Assembly: GCA_964234715.1 (NCBI GenBank)
Contig: OZ174282.1
DNA from: Podarcis melisellensis
Lineage: Eukaryota
Reading direction: 5' to 3' (one strand)
Length of the DNA stretch: 64,000 bases
The notes under the pieces are model-generated. The model did no database searches. It had not been told where the DNA came from and saw only the letters and a list, made by a program, of their open reading frames with translations. Shown in pieces: positions 63,676-64,000 of this stretch (positions within the stretch are counted from its first letter, which is position 1; each line of letters opens with the position of its first letter). The position numbers and the translations under genes were made by a program.

Positions 63676-64000
63676 CTTTAAATAAATGATTTCCTAATAT
63701 TTAATCTGTAACATTTCTGAACACAGTTAGTGTATACATCTACAGAGGTTCACTTTCCAGGTTCTCCCCGCAGTGTGGCAGTTACACTCCCCAGAAGCAA
63801 GCCCCCTACTCCTGCAAAGGGGTAAATGTATGCAAAGACTACTAGAATGTTCCAAACTTTCCCGTATCATGACAATACTTCTGGCAGCTGTGCACTTTCC
63901 ACACTGTTTAGCTCTCAATCCTCTTAGCCAGTCTTCACCACTCTGATGCCCTCCAGATGTTTTGAACTGAATCTCCCATCAGCCCTAGCCAGTATGGTTC

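Noticed and set aside
40115-64000. TET3 CXXC exon and the short linker exon
   Set aside because: No RKKRKRCG.C..C-type ORF was found on the minus strand; probably beyond the window, although a short divergent linker exon could have been missed.

Overview
Vertebrate genomic DNA from a squamate, most likely a lacertid lizard (Podarcis/Lacerta type, judged from Sauria SINEs, BovB, CR1, L2, L1 and hAT MITEs). The window holds most of TET3 (methylcytosine dioxygenase) on the minus strand. Nine coding exons run from the large N-terminal exon (40114-37402) to the terminal exon (stop at 11607), all with GT-AG boundaries in consistent phase. An ~8.6 kb, essentially repeat-free 3'UTR ends at an AATAAA at 2991-2996. 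The CXXC exons were not found and probably lie beyond the right edge. A CpG-island promoter and the first coding exon of a downstream gene (possibly BOLA3) lie at the left edge. The introns are rich in transposons. The most notable observations are: (1) ten miR-29 seed sites in the 3'UTR, one with 11-nt 5' pairing plus 7-nt 3'-end pairing, resembling a target-directed miRNA degradation trigger; (2) an intact-looking minimal type I hammerhead ribozyme in a Penelope-derived intronic insert, with a second, truncated and fold-back copy 1 kb away; (3) a sense-oriented retro-insertion carrying a poly(A) signal just after the penultimate exon; (4) a 64-nt intronic hairpin that is fully paired only on the transcribed strand. 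Repeat boundaries without TSDs are approximate.
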